A DNA stretch of 50,363 nucleotides, taken from the IMG/VR virus record IMGVR_UViG_3300025322_000030, positions 1 to 50,363 of that record. One strand, 5' to 3'. The notes under the pieces were generated by a model that was given only the letters and a program-made list of their open reading frames with translations, searched no databases and was not told the origin of the DNA. This stretch comes from a virus. Taxonomy: Duplodnaviria; Caudoviricetes. The position numbers were made by a program, and so were the translations under genes. Below, one piece after another: positions 10,200 to 19,946 of the stretch. The first letter of the stretch is position 1. Every line of letters starts with the position of its first letter.

Positions 10200-11061
10200 A
10201 CCCAAACAAACCAGCAGCAAGTCCAAGAACACCTCCTATTCCAGCCCCCCACGGACCACCTACCATGGCTCCAGCAGAAGCACCCTGCATTGCACCTCCT
10301 ATGGCACGTGCAGCAGTCGATGCACCAGCAACAGTTGTCTTTGAGTCAACTGCACCCTGCAGCACACCAAGTGCTGCAGTGTTGAAGTGTAGTATTGTAA
10401 AAGGCCACAGTACATTCTTGACATGAATATCTATGTTATGACTATCTATATCAACCTTTGCTGTGATATAGAATTTCAGTATCTGTGCATACATCTCGAT
10501 CATATTCCTATTCCAATCAAGGTGAGTTCTCCAACGCTCAGTTACAAGTGGAAGTAACTTGCCTCGTATATCAGCACTGAACCTTGACAGAGCCTTCGTC
10601 CTAGCTACTTCCATCATTCCTCTAGCTACAACAAATGAGCTGCTCATAACTGAATTTATGTCTCTTAAACCAGTCTCAAGTCTGGGAGCTGCATTCTCTA
10701 TAATATCATCTTCGAGTATACCAGCTTCTGCTGAGACCAACTCCCTTACAACAGTTCCATCCACAGTATCACTAAATATCTGATCAAATAATACCTCAAC
10801 ATCAAGACCAGCCATAAACTTCCCATACATATCATAAAGTGATGGGAACGAGTCTAGAGCATATCCTATTCCAAAGAATGCATTTTCAATCTCTATATCC
10901 GTATAGTCCATGTATGGTCTGAAGTCACTGTTCTGAGCTGCAGGATCCCATAGAAGGAAATCTCTATGATCAGAATATGCTGTCAAAACCTCAGTATGCT
11001 CAGCTTCTATATATGGAGCATAGCGAATGGTGTTAGTCGTTCTCTCAGCTGCTCCTCCCAT
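10198..11061 (-). CDS. Putative ejection (pilot) protein with a C-terminal glycine zipper
   Basis: C-terminal GGAMQGASAGAMVGGPWGAGIGGVLGLAAGLFG; podovirus synteny. Confidence 0.6.
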   Translation of the reverse strand: MGGAAERTTNTIRYAPYIEAEHTEVLTAYSDHRDFLLWDPAAQNSDFRPYMDYTDIEIENAFFGIGYALDSFPSLYDMYGKFMAGLDVEVLFDQIFSDTVDGTVVRELVSAEAGILEDDIIENAAPRLETGLRDINSVMSSSFVVARGMMEVARTKALSRFSADIRGKLLPLVTERWRTHLDWNRNMIEMYAQILKFYITAKVDIDSHNIDIHVKNVLWPFTILHFNTAALGVLQGAVDSKTTVAGASTAARAIGGAMQGASAGAMVGGPWGAGIGGVLGLAAGLFG

Positions 11062-11062
11062 A

Positions 11063-11497
11063 CTACACCTCCAATACGAAGTACCTATGATCCTCGTTAA
11101 ATCCGTGAGTAGTGGCTAACTCATGCACCCTTCTGCTACCAGACTTAAATGCTATTTTCTTACATCCACTGATCTTTGCAAAGTTTGTAACCAGTGGTAG
11201 TTCAGATCTCCACTGCTCAGCACTAACAGGTCTGAATGAATAAAGGCATCTCACAAATAGTATCTTGTCATCTGTAACATCATCTACTGCTATATGGGTT
11301 ATTGCAAGAGCTATTAATTGCCTGTCATCATCTATTCTTATAAAGCACTGAGCCTTGTCACTTAGAAGATCAACTAATAATTTGTTGAGATATTTTTGCT
11401 GGTCCTCAACTTCAACTGCATCAACTCTTGTAGATGCAAATTTAATAGAAGACCACAGAGCTGGAATTTGATTTACTGGTAACTTTATTGTTAACAT
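11063..11497 (-). CDS. GNAT-fold virion assembly protein (T7 gp13/P22 gp14-like position)
   Basis: 144 aa, GNAT-like pattern (FAKISGCKKIAF...THGF); between nozzle and ejection genes. Confidence 0.5.
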   Translation of the reverse strand: MLTIKLPVNQIPALWSSIKFASTRVDAVEVEDQQKYLNKLLVDLLSDKAQCFIRIDDDRQLIALAITHIAVDDVTDDKILFVRCLYSFRPVSAEQWRSELPLVTNFAKISGCKKIAFKSGSRRVHELATTHGFNEDHRYFVLEV

Positions 11498-11498
11498 A

Positions 11499-11523
11499 AG
11501 TTTGACCCATTTTGGTTCGATCT
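11499..11523. promoter_or_regulatory. 25-bp palindrome copy 4 (fills the intergenic gap)
   Basis: AGTTTGACCC-ATTTT-GGTTCGATCT. Confidence 0.85.
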
Positions 11524-12583
11524 ACTCAACAGACTCGAGGTAACTAAATCCATGGATTACTCCAGTTACGTTTATGTAGTCGAGTTCTAAGTACTCGTAA
11601 ATGTAAGATCTGATGTTGAACTTAAACTCAACTCCGTAGCAAGTAATATATGCTATTCCATTAGGATTAACAAGTGCCCATTTTGACTGGTTAAATCCAG
11701 CATCGTTGTATATTCTGGATTCGATCATAGCTTCAAGCTTGCCAGTTAGATCAGTTCCAATTTCTATCCACTTGATAGTCTTCGGTTTGCGAGTGCCAAG
11801 ATCATATATGTCAGTAGTTATGTCAAACTTTGGAATTTCTATTTCAGCAGGAGAAACAACATACAGGTCACCAGTCTGAGAATTTATATCTGTTACGTTA
11901 GCAGGCCCAAGACCAAGACTTCTATCCTTAGTACTATACACATAACCTTTTGTACCATCGCAGATATATAGTAACCCAAACTCTGGATCGAGTGATAGTT
12001 TAGGACATGATAGCTGAGATATGTACTCAGAGTAATCCAGCATCTGGAGTCCTTCGCCAGTTAGTCTAAGCAACCTGGATTTCTGATCTATAAAGTAATG
12101 CTCGTCATCAGTACCAGCTACCGCTGGTTTGCATATTACTCCTATACGATAAATAGTGCGCATTCCGTAGTGCACTCCAGATGGATTCAAAATTGATACA
12201 CCATTCTGGCCATATACAGCTACTGTATTACCAAGCTTTAATATCTGATATACAAAACCTTTCCAATCAAGTGGGCGCTCACCAGCCTCGATACTCTCGT
12301 CTATGGTAAAATCCAACCTACCAATCTTAGACCATTTAACCCAGTTGGCTCTACTTGGAGCCTCAACTACAGCTGCTATGTGAATCAGTGATACAATTAT
12401 ATCTATTCTTGCATTACCTATAAATACATCCTGAGCATAGTTTCCATGAACTGATACAGCTATATTTATAGGATCTGCAAAGTGAACGATGTTAAGTGTT
12501 TCACCGTGTACACTTACAACTATATCTATCGGAGATGCGTATATCCGAAGTATAGGCCAATTAACTATTACATCAGTAGTCAT
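11522..12583 (-). CDS. Tail nozzle/stabilisation protein, C-terminal portion (beta-propeller)
   Basis: NWVKWSKIG, VAVYGQNGV, YFID, DLGTRKPKTIK-type C-terminal domain; position before the GNAT-like gene. Confidence 0.55.
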   Translation of the reverse strand: MTTDVIVNWPILRIYASPIDIVVSVHGETLNIVHFADPINIAVSVHGNYAQDVFIGNARIDIIVSLIHIAAVVEAPSRANWVKWSKIGRLDFTIDESIEAGERPLDWKGFVYQILKLGNTVAVYGQNGVSILNPSGVHYGMRTIYRIGVICKPAVAGTDDEHYFIDQKSRLLRLTGEGLQMLDYSEYISQLSCPKLSLDPEFGLLYICDGTKGYVYSTKDRSLGLGPANVTDINSQTGDLYVVSPAEIEIPKFDITTDIYDLGTRKPKTIKWIEIGTDLTGKLEAMIESRIYNDAGFNQSKWALVNPNGIAYITCYGVEFKFNIRSYIYEYLELDYINVTGVIHGFSYLESVE

Positions 12584-13017
12584 TAGTTTGGATGCCTCAT
12601 TCTGATTTCTACAGCAGCTATTGTAAAGGTACCACCATCGACTTGTGTGTATTCAGTTCCAAAGTCTATGTAGCCAACTATTGCATCACTCGCATGAGTG
12701 TCATCGAAGATAATAGCTCCAGGAGTCGGACCTATTGACCCTCCAGCAGCCACCCAGGATACATTATCCCAGGTAATCTCCGTTCTATCATCAACATCAT
12801 CTTCAGTTACAACTACATTGGCTAAGACTTTGTTGTTCTGTGTATAACCAGCTCCAGTTGGTAGCTCATTAGCAGATACATCTGCATAGACTTCGTGTGT
12901 ATCTACATCAAACGAAAATCCAGTATCCATCAAGATTATCTTGAAGGAATCATTTGCAAAGTCTATTGCTCCAGTTGCAAGCAGATAGAAAATGTGATTA
13001 GCAGCTCTAGTTGCCAT
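12583..13017 (-). CDS. Virion structural protein
   Basis: GAIDFANDSFKIILM...ANELPTGAGYT...GYIDFG, a pattern familiar from phage structural genes; start at MATR after GAGGAG. Confidence 0.6.
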   Translation of the reverse strand: MATRAANHIFYLLATGAIDFANDSFKIILMDTGFSFDVDTHEVYADVSANELPTGAGYTQNNKVLANVVVTEDDVDDRTEITWDNVSWVAAGGSIGPTPGAIIFDDTHASDAIVGYIDFGTEYTQVDGGTFTIAAVEIRMRHPN

Positions 13018-13018
13018 C

Positions 13019-15013
13019 TTAAGCTCCTCTCGACCATTCAAAGATTAGAAAGCTACATGCGTGATAAGGTATGTCCTGACCAAATACAACATCCTTAAAG
13101 TGTATCGTGTATCTATTACCACCAAATACAAGTCCAGATATATCACCAGATCTCTGACGTTCTCTATTAACAGTAGAAAAATTGAGGCCAACTATATCAG
13201 CACCAAGAGCAACCTCTAACCCTACCCAGTCAACCAAGTAACCAGTAGATACTGCGTTATTAGGTTGATTAACTCGCAGTCTAATATCTATGCCAGCCAA
13301 ATCTGCTGGTGTCCACAGTCTGTCGATTCCAAGTCCGTAGGATACACCAGTTAGATTTACAAAAGAGGCTGGAGGGGGATCTGGATTTATAGTTACTTCA
13401 CTCTCAGGTATGTCAACAGTATGCAGTGGACCACCAACATATTGCAAGGAATTACTTGCATCCTGATTTACAATTCCTATTATAGTTCTAGCAAGTACAT
13501 CAGCTATAATTGCATCAGGTGGAATCATAGAAAAGTCGTATCCAGAAGCACTGATTATCGCGGTAGCTAGTGGAACATCAAGTGTGACATGAGCATACGA
13601 TGGTGATGAGATACTAGCACCAGGAGTCAATATCCCATCCTTGTTCTGCCAAGGACCAGTTATGATAGTTGCAACAGTTGGATTGGCTACTACAACTCCA
13701 CTACCCTGAACATTCATTAGGTTTAGACTAGCTCCACCACCTCGTTCTTTAGCTGTAGATTCAAAATAAATCTTTGGTCTAGGAACAAACCTTTCAACTT
13801 GCATGTTGATACTAGAGTACGTATCAATTACCCCGAATCCAAAAGCACCTGCCTCAACGGTCCCAGTCTTAAAATGTACCTCACAGTCATCAAGTGGATC
13901 TACAGTGAGATACATCTCAGATCTATATAGATAGGCAAACCTAAATCCGTCACCTCCACCAGTTAGATATATCCTAGTTTCATACTCAGATAGGTCATCG
14001 AAGTTAACAGCATCTGGCAGAAAATCAGCAGCCTTACGAGTAGGAACAGGATCAGTAAATGTTAGCTCAGTTCCAGCCACCATTAGATCAGTAGTCTTAT
14101 TAAACAATGCTGCTTTCATCTGTTTGCCAGAGGCATATGCCTCATTAGTCACACCTCCAATAGCCTCAAACGTTAAGTGATCTAAAGTTACCCATTTACT
14201 AGAGTCGAAGTAGAATAAGTTAAACCATTCATCACCTATTCCAAATGGAAACTCATAGCCATAAGCTGAGTCATTTGACAGGAGAGCCCAGGCCCAATAG
14301 TTGTTTAAGTCCACATCTCCATACCCACCTCCACTTGACTGATCACCAGACACAAGTGGAATCTGCACTCGAATCCTCGTAGGATCAGGTATATATAGAA
14401 TCACAACAGCTCGTCTAAAAGCAAGTGCAGTTGCATCAGGTGTTCCATGAGTATATACATAGTATTTCTTCTTCGTACTGTTTAGGATAAATCCACCAGA
14501 CAGTGTATCATACACCAAACCAGGAGTTGTTTCCAGAGTAATTAGAGTATCACTGTCCTCATCTTTTAGCGATACAAAGTAAGGACTTGGAGATAGAATT
14601 TGTTCAACTACTGGAATCTCAAATCTAGCCTCAGTAACTCCTGGATAATCCAAGGGATCAATCTCTATTTCAGTTACTGTATAAAGCTGATTGTTAGTGT
14701 CTGTGAATAACAGAGTACCAACCATCTCCAGTGGTATTACTATACCAAGTCCAGCTCCAGGAAGAGTGACTCCCCTATGCCAGTGTCCACACTGATGATG
14801 AATTTTAGAGTCTCCAACAGGATATCTGCGTGTTCTAGGCGGAGTATAAATTTGAGGTTCTTCAAGCTCTCTTCCTGTGTAGTCATCTGGTCCTCCGTGA
14901 ACAAATGGTCTAGGGATAGGCCTCCAGCGAGGATTATTGAGATATCCCCACTTGTTACGCTGAGGTATGAAGGGCCATGGGCCCCTATTTCTATCGTCTC
15001 TCCAGTCAGCCAT
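13019..15013 (-). CDS. Putative tail fibre/spike-associated protein, 664 aa
   Basis: Beta-rich, aromatic and Gly-rich; lies in the tail module. Confidence 0.45.
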   Translation of the reverse strand: MADWRDDRNRGPWPFIPQRNKWGYLNNPRWRPIPRPFVHGGPDDYTGRELEEPQIYTPPRTRRYPVGDSKIHHQCGHWHRGVTLPGAGLGIVIPLEMVGTLLFTDTNNQLYTVTEIEIDPLDYPGVTEARFEIPVVEQILSPSPYFVSLKDEDSDTLITLETTPGLVYDTLSGGFILNSTKKKYYVYTHGTPDATALAFRRAVVILYIPDPTRIRVQIPLVSGDQSSGGGYGDVDLNNYWAWALLSNDSAYGYEFPFGIGDEWFNLFYFDSSKWVTLDHLTFEAIGGVTNEAYASGKQMKAALFNKTTDLMVAGTELTFTDPVPTRKAADFLPDAVNFDDLSEYETRIYLTGGGDGFRFAYLYRSEMYLTVDPLDDCEVHFKTGTVEAGAFGFGVIDTYSSINMQVERFVPRPKIYFESTAKERGGGASLNLMNVQGSGVVVANPTVATIITGPWQNKDGILTPGASISSPSYAHVTLDVPLATAIISASGYDFSMIPPDAIIADVLARTIIGIVNQDASNSLQYVGGPLHTVDIPESEVTINPDPPPASFVNLTGVSYGLGIDRLWTPADLAGIDIRLRVNQPNNAVSTGYLVDWVGLEVALGADIVGLNFSTVNRERQRSGDISGLVFGGNRYTIHFKDVVFGQDIPYHACSFLIFEWSRGA

Positions 15014-15510
15014 TAGGATTGATCTACTCCTGGAGCACCTATGAATATCTGACCGTTGAAGTTACAGATAGCACCTGCTATTGGCTGAGCAGTTGTTACC
15101 TGCCATACTTTATCTTCGGCTCTTCTTATAACAGCAACTGCTCCATTGCTCATGTAGATGAAGTCGTAGAGGTCAATAGCAGACCATATAATACCTACAG
15201 CTAAGCCAGCTAATACAGAAACAAGTGATCCAGCAACTAATTCATAAATCTCAGTTTCACCACAGACTACTATCGTATTAGTAAACACAAACATCTGTGG
15301 ATATGGGAAAGGGTCAGTTATTAGAGCTGTATCAATTCTGCTAAGATTAAGATTGCTGAGCACCTGTAATATGCTATCAAGACCAACAGCACCTTCACAT
15401 TTTGTTAGATACTTCACATTCCTTGGATTTCTTCTAGATGTACGAAGACCTCTTGACAAATCTGTAGGAGGTATAGTGAATGAAAACTCACCACTTGGCA
15501 AGGTAGGCAT
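15013..15510 (-). CDS. Probable N-terminal portion of the tail nozzle/stabilisation protein
   Basis: Propeller-like strands (VVCGETEIYEL, FIYMSNG, ICNFNGQIFIG); follows the adaptor region. Confidence 0.45.
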   Translation of the reverse strand: MPTLPSGEFSFTIPPTDLSRGLRTSRRNPRNVKYLTKCEGAVGLDSILQVLSNLNLSRIDTALITDPFPYPQMFVFTNTIVVCGETEIYELVAGSLVSVLAGLAVGIIWSAIDLYDFIYMSNGAVAVIRRAEDKVWQVTTAQPIAGAICNFNGQIFIGAPGVDQS

Positions 15511-15869
15511 TACAACTCTCCATGACTATTATCTTTGACATTAAGTGACGAGAGATCCCTGTTAGGTCTATCAGTAAGCTTGAAATCAAGACCTTTGGCA
15601 GTACTTAGCCTTTCCCTTATTAAAGGTACTGACTTACTTAGTATATCTTCGTACTTCATACCAGGATTTGTGCCTTCAACCTTCTCTACAATTGAAGCTA
15701 CCAGTTCCTTGTTCTTGGCAAAGTCTGGATACTTTTCGTAGAAGCTTCTGTTAAGCTTTAGTAGTTTAGTCTGATTAACTATTAAATTACCAACTACCTC
15801 TGGAAGTAGCAACAGAGCTTTCTCCACAGCCTCATTGATAATGCTTTGACGTTCTTCTTCGGTAATCAT
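15510..15869 (-). CDS. Hypothetical protein, paralogous to the C-terminal half of the scaffold protein
   Basis: LP..V...FY....D....K..VA...E...P...Y...P..R.RL shared with 18739-19551; ATG at 15869. Confidence 0.65.
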   Translation of the reverse strand: MITEEERQSIINEAVEKALLLLPEVVGNLIVNQTKLLKLNRSFYEKYPDFAKNKELVASIVEKVEGTNPGMKYEDILSKSVPLIRERLSTAKGLDFKLTDRPNRDLSSLNVKDNSHGEL

Positions 15870-15894
15870 AGTTCGAACCAAAATAAATCGAACT
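15870..15894. promoter_or_regulatory. 25-bp palindrome copy 5 (abuts a start codon)
   Basis: AGTTCGAACC-AAAAT-AAATCGAACT. Confidence 0.85.
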
Positions 15895-15895
15895 T

Positions 15896-16111
15896 TTACA
15901 TTAAGCCAAACTTCTTCATCCTCTCCTCAAGAAACAAGCCGTCATGAGCTGAGTAATGTCTGCGCTTCTTACCAGTAGGCTTAAACCCATGCTCGACGGC
16001 GTTAAGTAGTCGTCCCTGGGCCTTGGCCTTTGCCTTTGTCGTACTCTTTGCCTTTACTCCTCCTGGAGTTGACACCCTGTATCCATTTACTTTCTTTATT
16101 CTGACTGGCAT
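15896..16111 (-). CDS. Small basic hypothetical protein
   Basis: 71 aa, Lys-rich; GGAG RBS. Confidence 0.65.
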   Translation of the reverse strand: MPVRIKKVNGYRVSTPGGVKAKSTTKAKAKAQGRLLNAVEHGFKPTGKKRRHYSAHDGLFLEERMKKFGLM

Positions 16112-16169
16112 TTTCAGTTCTCCCAGACCGAGAGTGACATTTACGTCACTTTCTCCTAATGATTCTCAT

Positions 16170-16898
16170 TTAACCTTCCATGTCATCAACTTCAGCTATC
16201 AGCTCTTCAACCAAGTCATAGCTGAGACGAGTTAGTTCACCATCTATTCCACGATCAAGAACATCAAGCATTGGTTTGTTACTGCTTGCTATGTAAGTTT
16301 GACGAACAGCTGCTTGAATCAATAGCATTGGATGGACAACTGACCAATAGTTCTCATCATCATCTGCTTCAAGCTGCCTTGAGTAGAATAGGCCAATTAC
16401 TTCAACAAGTGATATTTCCTCCACAGGTTTTGACAATATCACTGCATTGTAGTTATGTGCTGTAGGCTCTATAGTACCTACATAATCAACGAAGGTTGCT
16501 AAAGTAACTTCAGTGATAGTTTCTGGAATATACCTAGTTATCGTCGGACTATAGTACAAAGGCACTCCATTAACCCACTGAGCTGGAGGCTGAAGGTAGA
16601 AAGCTGAGATTAGATCTTGAAGGCGTTTCTTCTCAAGTTGCCATTTGGCAGTAGTTGTAGCTATCCACACTTCCTTGATAGCCCTAGCAAATGGAAATCT
16701 GACGTGCCAAGTTCCAGCATCAATAACTCTTGGATAAGTGGCCCAGGTCTTCTGTGTTTCGAGAGTTTTGTCGAGCCACTTGCTACCTTCATTAATGTAG
16801 AAGTCAGATCCGTTGTCACTTAGATCTTCATTTACAAGATCGTAGCGACCTGAAATCTCTCTAAACTTTTCCCTAATTTCTCTAAGGTTCATAGCCAA
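16170..16898 (-). CDS. Head-to-tail adaptor (tail tubular A-like)
   Basis: Follows the MCP; N-terminal helix with FYINEG and C-terminal helices typical of adaptors. Confidence 0.55.
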   Translation of the reverse strand: MAMNLREIREKFREISGRYDLVNEDLSDNGSDFYINEGSKWLDKTLETQKTWATYPRVIDAGTWHVRFPFARAIKEVWIATTTAKWQLEKKRLQDLISAFYLQPPAQWVNGVPLYYSPTITRYIPETITEVTLATFVDYVGTIEPTAHNYNAVILSKPVEEISLVEVIGLFYSRQLEADDDENYWSVVHPMLLIQAAVRQTYIASSNKPMLDVLDRGIDGELTRLSYDLVEELIAEVDDMEG

Positions 16899-16908
16899 CC
16901 TCAGCCAT

Positions 16909-16972
16909 TGGAGGTAGACCTAAGCCTACCTCCATAGCAGTCATCACGCCCTTAGCTATGGCTAGGGCGTGA
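16909..16972 (-). other. Two tandem RNA hairpins at the 3' end of the major capsid gene
   Basis: TCACGCCC(T)TAGC/GCTAGGGCGTGA (16944-16972) overlaps the stop codon; TGGAGGTAG/CTACCTCCA (16909-16934); no U-tract. Confidence 0.7.
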
Positions 16973-18263
16973 GTCCGTTGTCCAGACCAACACCGTTGAG
17001 GACAGCGCACTTCTGAGGAAGCCCAAACTCAAGTCCACACTCGGTAAGGTACTCCTCATTAGTTCCGTCCAGTCTACGGTTGCCATAGCCTTCTGGGTGA
17101 GTTTTGGCAGTAGACTCTCCGTAAAAGGCAGTATCGTCAATGTAGCGATACGACAGCTCTTTTGGCTCGAGGATAACACCCATATTACGAGTGGTAGCAT
17201 CGTGGCTGAAAAGAGGATGGGTTTTCATATAGATCGAACCAAATGGCGTAAGCCACTCACGAATCTGAAGACCATAGGTCTTCTGCCCAGGCATGATATT
17301 GATCTGCCCACTTGACATAGCAAGTGCATCAATACCAAGTAAAAAGCCGCTACCACAAAGGCAGAGTTTCTCCTCAGCACCAAAACGGAAGATTCGTTCG
17401 AGTGTGGCTTTGAGCCAGATCTCACCACTAGTTGTCCACGCATCTCCTGCGAAGTCAGCATCTAGTGTGTAGTCAACTGCATTGGCAGGCATGAACTGCC
17501 GAATGAAGTTAATTACACCCATAGTGGTACGCTCAGGCTTTCCATTGTCTCCAATGTTCTCAGTTCGAATACCCCAGAGAAATGCAAGTTCCATTTCCCA
17601 AGAGTGCATCTCGAGGGCTTCAGACTTCGCTTTCTGATACTGATCACCAGTACGAAGCTGAGTCTTGCGAGCAGTTCGAGTGATTGACAGTGGAGTGCGG
17701 AAGATCTGAGTGTAGTTGTAGACCTTCGTAGGATTCAGTGCGATAGCATCTGGCATCTCACCACCCTCAGGGTTGATGTTACCGATGATTTTGAAGTTAT
17801 CGCAATCACTGAGGTCGTTGTCAGGTGAGTTGTCATCTGCTTCGAGCAGCCTGACAGCCAACACAGAGTTGGTCGTTCCTCTTGTCACACCAGTGACTTT
17901 TCCAACTACATCTACACGATAGTCAGAAGCATCACGGAGGAGGATCTGGTGTCCTTCACGAATCCTATTTGCAAGGACTGTAGTGACCTGGACATAGAGA
18001 ACATCACCGATAGCTCCACCAGAAACATATGCAACTGAGAGATCAGGCAAGGTAAAGACACCTGCAACTGCTCCAGCAACTGCACTCTGTTCCTGTGTCC
18101 ACCAGTGAAATTGAGGATCATCGACTTTTTCAGATCCTAACATCGACAGGATAGCAGTTAGAGGAGCCATCCCATTCGGATACAGATACAAGATCTGCTG
18201 CCTCCAATTGAGTGGCCTCTGATCAGCTACCCAATCTCCATTTCCACGCATTCCTAGAAACAT
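16962..18263 (-). CDS. Major capsid protein (DUF5309/SU10-like HK97 fold)
   Basis: YNYTQIFRTPLSIT, EMELAFLWG, TPFGSI, EYLTECGLE; follows scaffold and decoration genes. Confidence 0.85.
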   Translation of the reverse strand: MFLGMRGNGDWVADQRPLNWRQQILYLYPNGMAPLTAILSMLGSEKVDDPQFHWWTQEQSAVAGAVAGVFTLPDLSVAYVSGGAIGDVLYVQVTTVLANRIREGHQILLRDASDYRVDVVGKVTGVTRGTTNSVLAVRLLEADDNSPDNDLSDCDNFKIIGNINPEGGEMPDAIALNPTKVYNYTQIFRTPLSITRTARKTQLRTGDQYQKAKSEALEMHSWEMELAFLWGIRTENIGDNGKPERTTMGVINFIRQFMPANAVDYTLDADFAGDAWTTSGEIWLKATLERIFRFGAEEKLCLCGSGFLLGIDALAMSSGQINIMPGQKTYGLQIREWLTPFGSIYMKTHPLFSHDATTRNMGVILEPKELSYRYIDDTAFYGESTAKTHPEGYGNRRLDGTNEEYLTECGLEFGLPQKCAVLNGVGLDNGLTP

Positions 18264-18296
18264 AAGTTACCTCATGTGAAAGTTGTTTAAGTAGTA

Positions 18297-18734
18297 CTAC
18301 GCAGACGTAGTAGGCGCTAGAGTAGTAGGCGCAGCGGTCGTAGGTGCCGCAGTCGTAGGCGCCAAAGTACCAGGAGCTGGAGTGGTAGCTATACCAGGCC
18401 AGTCACCGCCACCTAAAGCATGCCACGCTAGACCATCGCTGTAAAGAAGTGCACGATCACACTTACCATCAAAGACAATGTCAGCTACCCAGCATTCTGA
18501 GTCTCCTTTGTCAGTGATGGTGATAGTGTTTACAGCACTTGCTTCACGAGCAATGATTGAGTAGAATCGTCCTTTTGCTTCAGCCACTGATGGCAGTGTT
18601 AGTGTCAACGCAGCGGCATGAGCATTAGGGCGAACTACATAGTCCCTTGTGGACATCTGATAGTCAGCACCAGGATCGACATATTTGTCGACTACCTCCC
18701 TATAATGCTGTTCGTTGTTCTGTTCAAGTCCCAT
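18297..18734 (-). CDS. Putative capsid decoration protein with a Thr/Pro-rich C-terminal tail
   Basis: LTLTLPSVAEAKGRFYSI small beta domain followed by a TTPAPGTLAPTTAAPTTAAPTTLAPTTSA tail; between scaffold and MCP. Confidence 0.55.
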   Translation of the reverse strand: MGLEQNNEQHYREVVDKYVDPGADYQMSTRDYVVRPNAHAAALTLTLPSVAEAKGRFYSIIAREASAVNTITITDKGDSECWVADIVFDGKCDRALLYSDGLAWHALGGGDWPGIATTPAPGTLAPTTAAPTTAAPTTLAPTTSA

Positions 18735-18738
18735 AAGG

Positions 18739-19551
18739 TTATCTCCCCAAAGTTTTATTCATTTCTTCAAGTTCCGCTTGAAGAGGATCGGCTTCTTGTT
18801 TGTCGTCTGCTTTTCCAGCTCTACCACCTTTTACAGGTAGTTTAGGTGCAGCAGATTTCTTATCTTCTTTTACAGGTTCTTTCTTATCAGACTCCTTCTT
18901 CTCAGGAAGTTCCAAGCGCTTTCGGACTTCTGGTCCAACACCTTTTATTACCTCATCGTAGGTTTTGTTAGGATCTATAGCAGTTAGTTCCTCGAATACA
19001 GTTGCTACAACCTTCTTGAATGGTTTTAGATCTTCGTTTTCAGTGTAGAATTTCTCACTTGTTTCTCTAAGTGAGTTTATTAACTCCATTTGGGATCTGA
19101 CAGCATTAGGAAGATCCTTATCAAGATTGCCTCGTATGGCAATCATTCCACTCTGATATACCTTGTTTAGGAGCTTGTTGAATTCCTTAGGGTCACGAAC
19201 TATTTCATCAGGATCTAAATCACCAACAAAGTCCAGTTCTTCAACTTTTGGCTCTTCCTTTTTAGGTTCCTCAACCTTAATCTTGGCAGGCTCAGGTTTC
19301 TTAGCTTCAGATTCCGCTAACTTAGTGCGAAGATCAGCTATGGTCTTATCCTTCTCATCGAGCTCAGGTTCAGGCTCTTCTTTCTTGTCGGCTTCTGGCT
19401 TAGGCTCTTCCTTTTTATCTTCAGGTTTTGGCTCCTCCTTGATAGGTTCAGGTTCAGATTCAGTCTTGACATCAGGGACAACTTCTGGCTCCTCAACAAT
19501 ACCCTCATCTATAGACTTAATCATCAGATCTATTTCATCCTTTACAGCCAT
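18739..19551 (-). CDS. Scaffold protein
   Basis: Acidic, Pro/Glu/Lys-rich, coiled-coil; between portal and MCP; GGAGG RBS. Confidence 0.75.
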   Translation of the reverse strand: MAVKDEIDLMIKSIDEGIVEEPEVVPDVKTESEPEPIKEEPKPEDKKEEPKPEADKKEEPEPELDEKDKTIADLRTKLAESEAKKPEPAKIKVEEPKKEEPKVEELDFVGDLDPDEIVRDPKEFNKLLNKVYQSGMIAIRGNLDKDLPNAVRSQMELINSLRETSEKFYTENEDLKPFKKVVATVFEELTAIDPNKTYDEVIKGVGPEVRKRLELPEKKESDKKEPVKEDKKSAAPKLPVKGGRAGKADDKQEADPLQAELEEMNKTLGR

Positions 19552-19652
19552 AGTTCCTCCATTATACGTTTAGAAACATAATAAGTTTGTGTTTAACAGT
19601 TACGTAAATTACAGTCCATCTTCTGCATAGATGACAGCCACATAGTCCGTGA

Positions 19653-19946
19653 CTAACTTCCTTTTTCTCCTCGCTCACTTTTCTTGTCCTCCAGTATTTG
19701 TAGGAAGATATCAGGTAGCCCTAGTAAGTAATCAACTGCTTTTTGCCTTCCGTTTAAGTCTCCCATATGTAGCAGGACAGATGCACTTGATGGATTTTCC
19801 TTAGCTGCATCATCTACAATCGACTGCATCTCGAGATTAAAGCCGTACTTCCAGGCCTTGAGTTCCCTGACTATGTCTTTCCACAGAACAGAGGATTTGA
19901 GTTCTTCTATTTGATCTTTAGTAGCATTTACCTGAATAGTTTCCAT
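19653..19946 (-). CDS. Small hypothetical protein downstream of the portal
   Basis: 97-aa helical ORF coupled to the portal stop codon. Confidence 0.65.
   Translation of the reverse strand: METIQVNATKDQIEELKSSVLWKDIVRELKAWKYGFNLEMQSIVDDAAKENPSSASVLLHMGDLNGRQKAVDYLLGLPDIFLQILEDKKSERGEKGS

Noticed and set aside
17231-17245. Perfect half-site AGATCGAACC-AAATG in the MCP gene
   Set aside because: No second arm; it encodes the conserved TPFGSI motif
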